Shown here: positions 1 through 9,205 of the stretch, in pieces | How the letters are laid out: the number at the start of each line of letters is the position of its first letter | Numbering within the stretch: position 1 is the stretch's first letter | Made by a program: the position numbers and the translations under genes | The notes under the pieces: generated by a model | The model's database searches: none | Told to the model about the DNA's origin: nothing | What the model saw: only the letters and a program-made list of their open reading frames with translations | DNA from: an uncultured Bacteroidales bacterium | Lineage (GTDB): Bacteria; Bacteroidota; Bacteroidia; Bacteroidales; UBA3824 | NCBI GenBank assembly: GCA_946624925.1 | Contig: CAMOSO010000069.1 | Span: 14,170 to 78,169 of the forward strand | Length of the DNA stretch: 64,000 nucleotides | Reading direction: 5' to 3'

Positions 1-1358
1 TCCACGGTGAGTATGCTCGTTACGGGAGCGGAGTAGTCGATTTGGAATGTGTGTTCCGCGCTTGTGGTCTTGTTGTCGGTCTTGCGTCCGGTGTAGTCAA
101 CTCCGTAGCCTTGGTCTTTGCCTTGTACTTGTGGGTTGAGTGAGAGGCTGTTGTTGTTGCTGCTGTTGCCCCACATCTTGTAGGAGAAAGTAAGGTTTTT
201 CTCAGCGTTGCCGCCGAAGAGGTGCTGAAAATCGACGCCGAAGTTGTATGAACTGAATTTCATTTCGGATTCGGATGTCATGAGGTTGGTGAAGTCGCTG
301 CCGCCAAACATTGTCTTGATTGTCTGCTTGGAGTCGCTCTCGTTGCCGAAGTTGGTGAGGCCGCCGGAGATTGCGATGAGGTTGCTCTTGTCGATTTCGT
401 AACTTGCCTCTACGCCGATGTTTGCGAAGTGGGTGTTGCCGTCGTTTTCCATGTCGTTGATTGTGGAGCTTCTTGGAGCGTCGCTTGAGCCGTTGCCTTG
501 TATTTGCTCGCTGTGCATGTCCATTTCAGATTTGCCGGTGGAGCCGTTTACCCTGATTGTGGATGCAAATTTGCCGCTCTGTACGGATATGCCCGCACCT
601 GCGCCCTGCTGGCGGTTGGTTACATTTACGTTCACATTGCCAGCCACTTGGTTTACTTTGGTCTGGGTGTCGGTGATGAGGTTGATGATGCCGCCTGCGC
701 CTTCTGCGTCAAACTTGGACCCCGGGTCGGTGATTACTTCGATGTTCTTTACGGATGAAGCGGGCATTGCCTTGAGCATTTCGGTTGGGTTGTCGGTGAG
801 CATTGTGTTTTTGCGGCCGTTCATATAGACTACAAAGCTGGAATTGCCGTTGATGGAGATGTTGTCTTCGCCATCGACAGTTACCATTGGCACTTTGCGG
901 AGCATGTCGAGCACGGTGGAGGTCTTGTTGTCGGGGTCGCCTTCGGCGTTGTACTTTATTTTGCCGGCTTCGGCTGATACGAGAGCTTTCTGAGCCACTA
1001 CTTCCACAACGCCGAGGGTGTCGATGGCTTCTCTCATCTTGAGTTTGCCGAGGTCGATTACTTTTTCGCCCTTGATGTTGATGTTGCGGATGATGGGCTC
1101 TTTGCCGGTAGAGCGGATGGTCATTATGTATGAGCCGTTGCTCTTGATGACGCCGGAGAACGAGCCGTCCACTTCTGTGATGCCGGTCATGGCAAAGTTG
1201 GTGGCGTCGCCGGGCTTGTTGACTGCAACGGTGGCGAATGGCACGCCCTCTTTGGAGAGGGAGTCGATTACGATGCCCTTCACTGTGGTCTGTGCGAAAG
1301 CTGTGTTGGCTATCACTGCGATCATCGTTGCGAGGATGAGTTTGTAAAATGTTTTCAT
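1..1358 (-). CDS. TonB-dependent-receptor-like outer membrane beta-barrel protein. The N-terminal ~452 aa are in the window; the gene continues past the left edge.
   Basis: Absent from the ORF track because it runs off the edge. My own minus-strand translation from the ATG at 1358 gives MKTFYKLILATMIAVIANTAFAQTTVKGIVIDS... (signal peptide plus carboxypeptidase-regulatory-like start). This is followed by plug-like stretches DMLRKVPMVTVDGEDNISINGNSSFVVYMNGRK and IEVITDPGSKFDAEGAGGIINLIT. The frame stays open to position 1. Confidence 0.75.
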   Translation of the reverse strand, partial: MKTFYKLILATMIAVIANTAFAQTTVKGIVIDSLSKEGVPFATVAVNKPGDATNFAMTGITEVDGSFSGVIKSNGSYIMTIRSTGKEPIIRNINIKGEKVIDLGKLKMREAIDTLGVVEVVAQKALVSAEAGKIKYNAEGDPDNKTSTVLDMLRKVPMVTVDGEDNISINGNSSFVVYMNGRKNTMLTDNPTEMLKAMPASSVKNIEVITDPGSKFDAEGAGGIINLITDTQTKVNQVAGNVNVNVTNRQQGAGAGISVQSGKFASTIRVNGSTGKSEMDMHSEQIQGNGSSDAPRSSTINDMENDGNTHFANIGVEASYEIDKSNLIAISGGLTNFGNESDSKQTIKTMFGGSDFTNLMTSESEMKFSSYNFGVDFQHLFGGNAEKNLTFSYKMWGNSSNNNSLSLNPQVQGKDQGYGVDYTGRKTDNKTTSAEHTFQIDYSAPVTSILTV

Positions 1359-1410
1359 GGCTTTAATATTTTAATGCGTTATTGATTCAGTTTTTGTTTT
1401 GATTACGATG

Positions 1411-1418
1411 CAAAGATA
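1411..1418 (-). promoter_or_regulatory. Candidate Bacteroidota -7 promoter box TAnnTTTG (TATCTTTG on the minus strand)
   Basis: Plus strand reads caaagata. It lies ~53 nt upstream of the ATG at 1358 in an AT-rich divergent intergenic region. Confidence 0.35.
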
Positions 1419-1634
1419 TAGCGGAAAAATGCGATAAAATTTTTTTTTCGACAGAACCCCCCGTTTTTTTAGACGAAATGGGTCGGTATTCGATGAAAGT
1501 GGCTTTTTGTTCGACGACTTTGCCTAATATCAACTAATAAAACACGGCAATTTCATTCAAACTATTGAACAACGAATAAAACGAATAAAACAAATTTTTT
1601 TCTAATTGTTTTTTTTATTTTGTAGAAAATGTAT

Positions 1635-1642
1635 TACATTTG
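1635..1642 (+). promoter_or_regulatory. Candidate -7 promoter box TAnnTTTG (TACATTTG)
   Basis: Lies 30 nt upstream of the ATG at 1672. An additional TTTG sits at 1619-1622. Confidence 0.35.
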
Positions 1643-1671
1643 TCCTCAAATAACAAAAAAACATTCCAACG

Positions 1672-4341
1672 ATGAAAACTATGCATATAATATTGGCACT
1701 TGCGGCGCCCGCGATGATAGCCGCTGGATATGTGCCGGAGAACGCGAATGATTATAACGCTCTCAATATCAATAATATACAGATACCGAGGTCGGTGTTT
1801 TCTGATGACGACGGCTTCAGGCTATCTAAGCAGTCATACTATCACGAGTTGTTTGCAGACAAGGAACTCTCCAAACTCGACAAGGCGGAAAAATACCGTC
1901 AAAAGGCTGAGGAAGCCACTGTTCTCGCCGTTGCCATCCAAAAACAATCTGACGACTTGAATATTATTTCGGGACAATCGGCAAAAATTCAGAAACAATC
2001 AGCAAAACTCGCCGCCAAAGCAGCATCGCAGGAGCTCACGGCACTCAAGACTTTTGAGAAGGCGGCGTCGCTCTACCGTCCGGTGTATTTCGACAAGATA
2101 ATGCAGCTTACCAAAGACACCGCGCAGATGAGCATCAAGGCAGCCCGCAGCCTTTCTGAGCGTGCATACCAGCTCTACCACAGCGCAGATTCCATCAAGG
2201 CAAACATCACCGCCGAAAACACCCTCGAATCAAACCGCGCCATCTACACCAACCTCGTTAACGCCGTTCATTATCAGGAACTTGCACTTGCAATCTGCAA
2301 GGGCGACCCAAAGATTGATTATACTCAGTACATCGACATTCACAAGCAGTATATGCCGGATACCACCAAGAATGTGGACATTCCTAAACTCGTTGCCTTG
2401 GAGCATTACGACATCGACAAGGATTCCAACCTCTATAGGTTGCGTTACCGCGAACTCACCGCGCTGCTTGGTCTTACCGATGCCGACCGTCAGAAAATCG
2501 ACAAGATTTCGCTTGATGAGGCTGCAATTGCCGATTATTACGCAATTGCTGTCAAGAAGGGCAGCGAGGCGGACACCTTCCGTGTTTACTCCAATGTGGA
2601 CAACAGTGCTGTGCACGAGTATTACGAGCAGATGGCGCAGGAGAGCGAACTCAATGAGTGCAGCAATCTCCTGAAGGGCATCACCCTCGCCTCCAACAAC
2701 AACAACACCTTATATGAAATATACAAAAAGTATATTCCGGCGTTCCGCATCCAAAAGAGCAACACCGGCACGTACATGGACAAGAGCGCACTTGGCGAGC
2801 GTTGGGAGCGCAACGCCGAAGACCTTTATAATATGTCTAAGACATACGAGGAGTTGGCTGCCAAGCAGTTGAGCAACGTAGAGAAATACACATTGCTTTC
2901 CGAAGGCAACGAGGCAAAGCTCCAGGCTCTTCAATATATTGAAAACGCCATTGCTCTCTACCTCGGCCAACAGCCTGTACGCGAGCGCAGGTCGCTCGTA
3001 TCGAGTGCAGTGGAGCGTCACAACGATGTCGTGATGGATTTTATGATGGACGAATCGGGCGAATCTGGCACTCAGCCCGTTGCCAACAACACCAACAAAC
3101 AGAAGACCAATACCAACACCAAACCTGCCAATCAGGTAGTGGACGTCAACAACAACGGCAAGCCCGCCAATAATAAGACCAACGCCAATACTAATACAAA
3201 CGCCAACAAAACCACTCCCACCAATAATAATGGCAAGACCAATGCCAATACCAACGCCAACGCCGGCAAGTCAAACACTTCTGGCGCAGCTTCTAAGACT
3301 GCCGCCAAGACCCACACCCCCGATTTGGCATCGTCAAACGCCGCAGTGATTGGTACTTTCAGTTATTCCCGCGACGACCAGAGAATGAAGCCATACACAT
3401 TCCCGCAGGGCACTGTGTTTAGTGTTGAGGCTGGCATTTACAAGGAGATGGTGGAGCCGGTGGACTTCCCCACGGTATCCAATTTCCTTGCTCAAAACCT
3501 CAAAGGCATCACGCCGATGCGTTATTATATAGGTACATTCCAGACTTACGACGCAGCATTGGCGGCGTCTGCCATTGCCAAAAACGAAGGTTACACCAAG
3601 GCACAAGTCGTTGCTTTCACCAACGGCAAGAAGGTGGACCTCATAGCGGCGCGCAAAGTGGCTGAAAAATCCGCCAATTACCAGTCCAACGTACAGAAGG
3701 AGCTCAAGGCTCTCAATGCAGGTAAGGACGGCAACACGCCTATCGTAGTGGACAACAACGCAAAGCGCAGCGGCGAGGCTCTTCCGCTCTCGATGCTCGG
3801 CTCTACGGTATATGCCGTGCAGATAGCCGCATTGCCCAAGCTCCTCGGTCTTGACGCTTTCAATGTCAATGAGTTGTATTACGACCAAAACGACGGTGGT
3901 CTCTACCGTTATTATACAGGCATCTCCAACGACAAAAATATTGCTTCTGCCAATCTCAGTACGCTCCGTCAGTCGGGCTACGACGACGCATACATTGTAA
4001 AGGTGGTGAATGGTGTTAATATTGGCAATGCAAACGGCACCACCGCCAATAATGCCAACACCAATACCAACACCAATCCTACAACAACTACCGGCACGGT
4101 GTACAGGGTGCAGATTGGCGCATTTGCCACCAATCCCAACGGCGACATATTGAAGCGCATCAACAATCTCAAAGCCAACGGATACACGGTGCACACCACG
4201 CAGTCGGGCAAGTACACTGTATATACAGTGGGCGATTGCAAGACCCACGAACAGGCATCAGCACTCAAGCAGCAACTCATCGGACAAGGCTTCGCCGAAT
4301 CATACGTAGCCACATTTGTTAACGGAGTAAAACAAAACTAA
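1672..4341 (+). CDS. Secreted protein with a long helical N-terminal half and three SPOR (peptidoglycan-binding) repeats
   Basis: 889-aa ORF with an N-terminal signal-like segment MKTMHIILALAAPAMIAA. It has Asn/Thr-rich low-complexity linkers (NTNKQKTNTNTKPAN...NANTNTNANKTTPTNNNGKTNANTNANAG and NANTNTNTNPTTTTG). SPOR-like units include VYAVQIAALPK...YYTGISNDKNIASANLSTLRQSGYDDAYIVKV and VYRVQIGAFATNPNGDILKRINNLKANGYTVHTTQSGKYTVYTVGDCKTHEQASALKQQL. Confidence 0.7.
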   Translation: MKTMHIILALAAPAMIAAGYVPENANDYNALNINNIQIPRSVFSDDDGFRLSKQSYYHELFADKELSKLDKAEKYRQKAEEATVLAVAIQKQSDDLNIISGQSAKIQKQSAKLAAKAASQELTALKTFEKAASLYRPVYFDKIMQLTKDTAQMSIKAARSLSERAYQLYHSADSIKANITAENTLESNRAIYTNLVNAVHYQELALAICKGDPKIDYTQYIDIHKQYMPDTTKNVDIPKLVALEHYDIDKDSNLYRLRYRELTALLGLTDADRQKIDKISLDEAAIADYYAIAVKKGSEADTFRVYSNVDNSAVHEYYEQMAQESELNECSNLLKGITLASNNNNTLYEIYKKYIPAFRIQKSNTGTYMDKSALGERWERNAEDLYNMSKTYEELAAKQLSNVEKYTLLSEGNEAKLQALQYIENAIALYLGQQPVRERRSLVSSAVERHNDVVMDFMMDESGESGTQPVANNTNKQKTNTNTKPANQVVDVNNNGKPANNKTNANTNTNANKTTPTNNNGKTNANTNANAGKSNTSGAASKTAAKTHTPDLASSNAAVIGTFSYSRDDQRMKPYTFPQGTVFSVEAGIYKEMVEPVDFPTVSNFLAQNLKGITPMRYYIGTFQTYDAALAASAIAKNEGYTKAQVVAFTNGKKVDLIAARKVAEKSANYQSNVQKELKALNAGKDGNTPIVVDNNAKRSGEALPLSMLGSTVYAVQIAALPKLLGLDAFNVNELYYDQNDGGLYRYYTGISNDKNIASANLSTLRQSGYDDAYIVKVVNGVNIGNANGTTANNANTNTNTNPTTTTGTVYRVQIGAFATNPNGDILKRINNLKANGYTVHTTQSGKYTVYTVGDCKTHEQASALKQQLIGQGFAESYVATFVNGVKQN

Positions 4342-4343
4342 AC

Positions 4344-6746
4344 ATGGATACGCTTACATTAGTAGTGATCATTGCTCTTTCGGTGATTGTTGCAATACTT
4401 GTAATTGCAATAATCACCCATAGGCTCAGCAATCCCGAACTCAAAAAGACGAAAAAACAGTTTCGCAAATTTTTGGGCAAGATGGGTGTCAAACATTCGA
4501 GGCGTGTTTTGAATAGCCAATTGGCTGTGATAAAACTCATCTTGAAAGATCCTGAGGATCAGATAGCCATTATGAAGAGAGTGATGAAGTGCTATTCTTC
4601 TTCCGGCAAATTTTTGAAGGAGGTTGACAATGGTCTCGACATCGCTTTTGCGGTCTCCAAGGAAAAAGATGCCGACGACGACTTTACAGTACCCGAAGAG
4701 GATTTCGACAATTTTTTCCGCAGTTATAGGTTTGTACTTGAAGCTGACGAGGCTTTTGAAATTGACCAGATGCTCACCGCATACAGGACTTGCAAAAGGA
4801 AGACTTTGCTCGACATTATTAATGGCGACGATGCGCTCGACGCTGCCAAAAAGAAAGAGTTGCTTGTCTATTTTGACAAGAAATACGAAATCGAGAAACT
4901 TAAGAGCATGGGCATTGTCAAGGATGACGACAAATCGTCTGATAAAGATAAGTCAAAATCCCAAAAAAAGGTTACGGAAGCGGATTTCAAAAAAAAGAAA
5001 GACGAACTCAACGCTCTCAAAAATGACAGTGTGAAGGATCTTCTCGAAAAATACATGTTGATATCTGGTTTGGGCACGAAGGATACTCTTGAGCCTTTTG
5101 CAAGGGCATGGGTGGACCAAAAAAACGCCGACCTTGGCATTGACCTCGATACGGCTATGACTTTCATATCCAAGGGCAGAGATTTCTCTCTTTTTGTAAA
5201 CCTCGACATACTTGCCAAAAGATCTGGCATCGAACTCGATGAAAAAAACCTCATCAATTATGTTGACGATGAAGGTCTCAAAGTCATCATACATTCTTTG
5301 ATTCGTGCCAAGTATGAGGGTGTGTATATGTCAGAATCGGAAAGCCTTTCCATCAACAAGGCAAATGTCGTAGAATACGCCGACAGTTTCAAGGTTACTG
5401 TAGATTTGTTGAAGACGCTTTACGGCATGAAACGTGACGTCAAGCGTTTTACCGACGTGATGATACGGGCGCACAATGCGGGTGTCAACATCAATTTCTC
5501 GATGATGGATTTGTATTCCATGACCGACGAACAATTTGACGTTTTGGTCACCAACATCATCAAGGCGTCCAACAAAGGCATCAGCATCGACCAAAACGAC
5601 TTAATCCGTCAGAATATCAGAAGCAACGATGTCACGCAGCTCGTAAAGGCGTTGATTAAGGCCAACGAGTATAATCTCGACCTCACGCCCGACGAGTTGA
5701 TGAGCTACATTGCGTCCACGCATAGCGACGTAGTTAAGTTCGTGAAAGCATACCATTACGCCCTCGCGCACAATCTGCCTTCCGAAGATGGCACGCCGCT
5801 CTCCAAAGACCATCTCGTGGAGTATTCGCGTCCAGAGGCAGATTTGTTCGATTACGTGCAGGGATTGCAGTTTGCAATAGAGGCTAAGGAAGACTGCATC
5901 AAGAATTTTGAGGAAAACAAGCAAAAAGCCAGGGAGCATGGGGTGCCGGAATCTGAAATCGCAGACCTCAAACCCGAAGATTTCGATGGCGGCATCAACT
6001 ACAAAAACCTTAAAAAGCATTTCATTAAGTTTGGCTCCGTCAAGAGTGTAATTGAAACCGTTCAAATGGCCAATGCTAAGGGATTGGAATTGAGCTTTGA
6101 ATTAGCGACGAGAATTTGTGAATCGCCGGATTGGGATCTCAAGAGTGCTATAATGTGGGCGCAAAAACCGTACATTGTACAGGTGCAGCCCGAATTTACT
6201 TGCGTGAGCAAGGAGGGTATATTGATGACTCCAAAAATCAGTGCCACAGTAAGAGGAAAGTTGCCGCTGATATTGGACGGATACGACGACAGGGTGCTTT
6301 TCTTGCGTATCAACGAGGCTGCCATTATGGAGCTCGAATCCGCCAAAGGGCTTGACGAAATATTGAGAACGCTTCCTGATATTTCTCACCGTGTGTTGCA
6401 CCGTGTCAATGAGGAGCAGGAACGTCAGGAAATCAAGACTGGCAAGATTAAGGAATCGGAGCTCAACAATGTATGCCGTTACGACTTACTGGACATCAAC
6501 ATCTTTGACATCGTAGTCGGTCAAAATGTAAAATCTGAGCTCGACAGGCGCAAGGCTGAAAACGAAGCCGAAATCCGTCGCCTGCAAGCCGAAGCCGACC
6601 GCGCAAAAGCGGAAGCCGACCTCCGTCGCGCAATGGTGGAGCAGTACGAAAAGGGCATCAAGCCAAATTTCAACGAACTCCACAAGGCAAACCTCCTCGC
6701 CGACAAGGGCGAAAACATCACCACGGGTTACGAAAGCCCCGATTAA
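4344..6746 (+). CDS. Membrane-anchored repeat protein with a divergent FloA/UPF0365-like C-terminal core (giant FloA-like paralog)
   Basis: 800 aa with a single N-terminal TM (LTLVVIIALSVIVAILVIAIIT) and a Lys/Asp-rich segment. It carries at least 5 degenerate ~35-aa helical units (e.g. VIIHSLIRAKYEGV, FTDVMIRAHNAGVNINF, VLVTNIIKASNKGISI, VTQLVKALIKANEYNLDL, VIETVQMANAKGLELSF). A beta-rich core follows (ILMTPKISATVRGKLPLILDGYDD), then a coiled coil AENEAEIRRLQAEADRAKAEADLRRAM. The order matches FloA. It starts 2 nt after the SPOR gene stop. Confidence 0.5.
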   Translation: MDTLTLVVIIALSVIVAILVIAIITHRLSNPELKKTKKQFRKFLGKMGVKHSRRVLNSQLAVIKLILKDPEDQIAIMKRVMKCYSSSGKFLKEVDNGLDIAFAVSKEKDADDDFTVPEEDFDNFFRSYRFVLEADEAFEIDQMLTAYRTCKRKTLLDIINGDDALDAAKKKELLVYFDKKYEIEKLKSMGIVKDDDKSSDKDKSKSQKKVTEADFKKKKDELNALKNDSVKDLLEKYMLISGLGTKDTLEPFARAWVDQKNADLGIDLDTAMTFISKGRDFSLFVNLDILAKRSGIELDEKNLINYVDDEGLKVIIHSLIRAKYEGVYMSESESLSINKANVVEYADSFKVTVDLLKTLYGMKRDVKRFTDVMIRAHNAGVNINFSMMDLYSMTDEQFDVLVTNIIKASNKGISIDQNDLIRQNIRSNDVTQLVKALIKANEYNLDLTPDELMSYIASTHSDVVKFVKAYHYALAHNLPSEDGTPLSKDHLVEYSRPEADLFDYVQGLQFAIEAKEDCIKNFEENKQKAREHGVPESEIADLKPEDFDGGINYKNLKKHFIKFGSVKSVIETVQMANAKGLELSFELATRICESPDWDLKSAIMWAQKPYIVQVQPEFTCVSKEGILMTPKISATVRGKLPLILDGYDDRVLFLRINEAAIMELESAKGLDEILRTLPDISHRVLHRVNEEQERQEIKTGKIKESELNNVCRYDLLDINIFDIVVGQNVKSELDRRKAENEAEIRRLQAEADRAKAEADLRRAMVEQYEKGIKPNFNELHKANLLADKGENITTGYESPD

Positions 6747-6770
6747 ATGTATTGAAACTAATGAAGTGAT

Positions 6771-8249
6771 ATGAAAAAATATTTATTGTACATAGTCATA
6801 ATGATTTTCGCGATGGTGGCTGCATCATGCGAAGAAGATATTGGAGACGTTTATGAGCCTACCTCTAACACTGATGAAGTAACCAATCTCGAAGATTCGC
6901 TCATCGACGACGAAGTAGGCGACAGCGATGGCGTATCGTTTTGGGATGGATTTCTCATCCTTGTGATTACGTTGGGACTTGCGGGACTTATCGTTTGGTT
7001 TTTCATCGCGATGGTGCCAATCAAATTGTGGTTCAATGCCAAACTCTCCAAGGTGAACATTTCGTGGCTGTTGCTCATCAAGATGCGTTGGCAGAATATC
7101 CCACAGGCTAAACTCATCAACCTGATGGTAACGGCGTACAACGCGGGTCTTAAAACATTGAGCCTTCCCGAACTTATGAAATATTATTTGGCGAAGGTTG
7201 ACCTCGATGTCGTGGTTGCAACCATGATTCGAGCTATGGCGGCGAATGTAAAGGACATCAAGTTTGACGATATGGCGCAGCTCTATCTCCGTAAGGTCGA
7301 TGTAGGCGCAATCGTTCACGCACAAATCAACGCCATGAACGCCCAGATAAAGACCTCAATCCCCGAACTTTCGGAATTTTATCTCGCTGGCGGCAACGTC
7401 GGCGACCTCATCAAGGCTAAGAATATTGCCGACAACGCCGGCGACGACATCAAGGCTGAGCTCGACCTCGGTCGTCTCAAAAAGCACTACCTCGCGGGCG
7501 GCAACCTCAAAAAGACCATCGAGGCATACATTTCCGCCAAGAAGGCAAAGTTGACAGGCTTTGAGTTTGAAGACATCTGTAAAATCGACCTCGCCGGTAT
7601 GGACGTAGTAGAAGCCATAAAACCCGCCATCAACCCCATCGTTGTAGAGACCGACGGCGTGCGCGGCGTGGCTCGCGATGGCGTGGAGCTTACTATGAAA
7701 GTGAAGGTAACACTCCGCTCCCAAATCAAGAATATCATTGGCGGCGTAAGTGCCGACACCGTGCTTGCCCGTGTCAACGAGGCATTGGCAACGCAAATCG
7801 GTCTTGCGCAGAGCCACACCGAAATCCTTCAAAATCCGTATTCCGTCGCCGACAAGGTGGAAAATTCCGCCGCAATCAGTACGAGTTCTGCATACGAAAT
7901 TCTTTCTGTGGACGTTTCTGATATTAAGATTGGCAACGACGTAGGCGCGTCGCTCAAGGTGGCGCGAGCCAAGGCGCAAGTGGAGGCAGCAAAAGCCGAA
8001 CTCATCCTCGCCGAAGAAAAGGTGCAGAAGGCGATGGCGTCGGCATTCCTCGATGGCAATATTTCCGTCCAGGAATACACCGACATCAAAAACAAACAGG
8101 CGGACACCCTAATGCGTCAGAGCCTTGCCAACGTGGATGTTACGGGTCATCACCTTTCCACGCAGATTGGCACGCCCGACGAATCTCCGCACGTGCAGGA
8201 GACCGACGCGATAGTGGAGCCCGACAATAATACCAACGACACCAATTAA
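6771..8249 (+). CDS. floA: Flotillin-like protein FloA (UPF0365/YqfA family), N-terminally extended and repeat-expanded
   Basis: 492 aa. Clear FloA core: FYLAGGNVGDLIKAKNIA, HYLAGGNLKKTIEAYISAKKAKL, ICKIDLAGMDVVEAIKPAINPIVVETDGVRGVARDGVELTMKVKVTLRSQIKNIIGG, AYEILSVDVSDIKIGNDVGA, and a C-terminal Ala/Glu coiled coil. It also has an extra lipoprotein-type signal (MVAASCEEDIGD), an acidic leader, and four YL(A/R)x-type helical units. Confidence 0.8.
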   Translation: MKKYLLYIVIMIFAMVAASCEEDIGDVYEPTSNTDEVTNLEDSLIDDEVGDSDGVSFWDGFLILVITLGLAGLIVWFFIAMVPIKLWFNAKLSKVNISWLLLIKMRWQNIPQAKLINLMVTAYNAGLKTLSLPELMKYYLAKVDLDVVVATMIRAMAANVKDIKFDDMAQLYLRKVDVGAIVHAQINAMNAQIKTSIPELSEFYLAGGNVGDLIKAKNIADNAGDDIKAELDLGRLKKHYLAGGNLKKTIEAYISAKKAKLTGFEFEDICKIDLAGMDVVEAIKPAINPIVVETDGVRGVARDGVELTMKVKVTLRSQIKNIIGGVSADTVLARVNEALATQIGLAQSHTEILQNPYSVADKVENSAAISTSSAYEILSVDVSDIKIGNDVGASLKVARAKAQVEAAKAELILAEEKVQKAMASAFLDGNISVQEYTDIKNKQADTLMRQSLANVDVTGHHLSTQIGTPDESPHVQETDAIVEPDNNTNDTN

Positions 8250-8294
8250 TGTTTAGCAATCATTATTATAAAACCACTTAAAACAAATTGCATT

Positions 8295-9077
8295 ATGAAA
8301 AAGATTTATCTCATTGGCATCGTGGCTCTCATCGGTCTTGCGTTGCTCACGATGTCGTACACCTGTGCGGAGGAGGAAGGCGACGACCCTACCACCGAAC
8401 CCACCACCGACAATACCAAGCCTGACAATCAGACTACAGACAACACCAAGCCTGATAATCAGACCACTGAAGACGACAATGGAACAGAGAACAACAACAC
8501 TGAAAACACCGACGCTATGGCTTTTACAGATGCAGAAATAGCAAAGGCAAACACTGCCGCCAACATTGCAAGCCTCACTCAGATGGAAAAAGACATCATT
8601 CTCTATTGCAACCTTGCAAGGCTCGACGGCTCTAAATTCTGGGCTAAATATGGCGACCAAGCCAAGGGTAGTGCGGCATACGTTTCTTCGCTTGAATCTG
8701 ACCTCAAGGCTGTGAAGGATCTCAAAATGCTCGTTCCCGAAAAGTCGCTCATGGAGGCCGCCGCATACCACGCTAACGATATGAGCAAAAACAATTTCTT
8801 CGATCACACTTCGTTTGACGGCACGAGCTTTGGCAATCGTGTTTATAGTTTTTACGGCGGCAATGCTATCGCCGAAAATATTAGCGCGGGCATGGGCACG
8901 GCTATTGGTGTGGTGATGCAATTGCTCGTTGACGACAGACTTGCCTCCCTCGGTCATCGCAAAAACATCCTCGGTGCCAAATACGTCGCCATCGGCGTAA
9001 AGACCGCAACACACAATACGTGGCGCACCGTTACCGTACAAGACTTCGGCGACAAAGTAATTACCAAAATGGAATAA
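8295..9077 (+). CDS. CAP/SCP (PR-1-like, YkwD-type) domain lipoprotein
   Basis: Signal plus Cys (LLTMSYTCAEEEG). Tandem TDNTKPDNQT x2 (30-nt DNA period, 8406-8465). CAP motifs AAAYHANDMSKNNFFDHTSFDG, GNAIAENISAG, GHRKNILGAKYVAIGV. Confidence 0.75.
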   Translation: MKKIYLIGIVALIGLALLTMSYTCAEEEGDDPTTEPTTDNTKPDNQTTDNTKPDNQTTEDDNGTENNNTENTDAMAFTDAEIAKANTAANIASLTQMEKDIILYCNLARLDGSKFWAKYGDQAKGSAAYVSSLESDLKAVKDLKMLVPEKSLMEAAAYHANDMSKNNFFDHTSFDGTSFGNRVYSFYGGNAIAENISAGMGTAIGVVMQLLVDDRLASLGHRKNILGAKYVAIGVKTATHNTWRTVTVQDFGDKVITKME

Positions 9078-9083
9078 TGGATT

Positions 9084-9199
9084 GGAGTGCAGGCGTCTCG
9101 CCTGCTAAACCCAAAATAGCCGAAAATTTCTTTATGAAATTTTCGGCTATTTTGGTATTTAGATGCAATATTGTTGGGCAGGCGAGCCGCCTGCACTCC
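9084..9199. repeat. Nested palindrome: two inverted copies of a 22-nt GC-rich REP-like hairpin flanking a terminator hairpin
   Basis: Left copy GGAGTGCAGGCGTCTCGCCTGC (9084-9105). Right copy GCAGGCGAGCCGCCTGCACTCC (9178-9199). The right copy is the reverse complement of the left except in the loop. A third, same-family copy is at 14735-14756. Confidence 0.7.
9113..9153. terminator. Bidirectional intrinsic terminator between convergent genes
   Basis: Perfect 17-bp stem AAAATAGCCGAAAATTT / AAATTTTCGGCTATTTT with a 7-nt loop. A/T runs on both sides. Sits between the stops at 9077 (+) and 9206 (-). Confidence 0.75.
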
Positions 9200-9205
9200 T
9201 CACTA

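Noticed and set aside
3334-4248. Long antisense or shadow ORFs inside confidently called genes. Examples: 3334..4248(-), 8253..9041(-), 9020..9727(+), 9785..10531(+), 10600..11325(+), 19593..20591(-), 20613..21449(-), 29721..30638(-), 30645..31349(-), 35257..36237(-), 41377..42489(+), 43146..43970(+), 47062..47832(-), 49535..50455(-), 51064..51876(-).
   Set aside because: Each lies entirely opposite a gene with strong family motifs (SPOR, CAP, ThrC-like, VOC, UvrB, FtsK, RimO, OadB, OadA, T9SS cargo, CoaE and others). Their translations are low-complexity, Arg/His/Val-rich and motif-free, as expected for reverse-frame ORFs in ~50-55% GC DNA.
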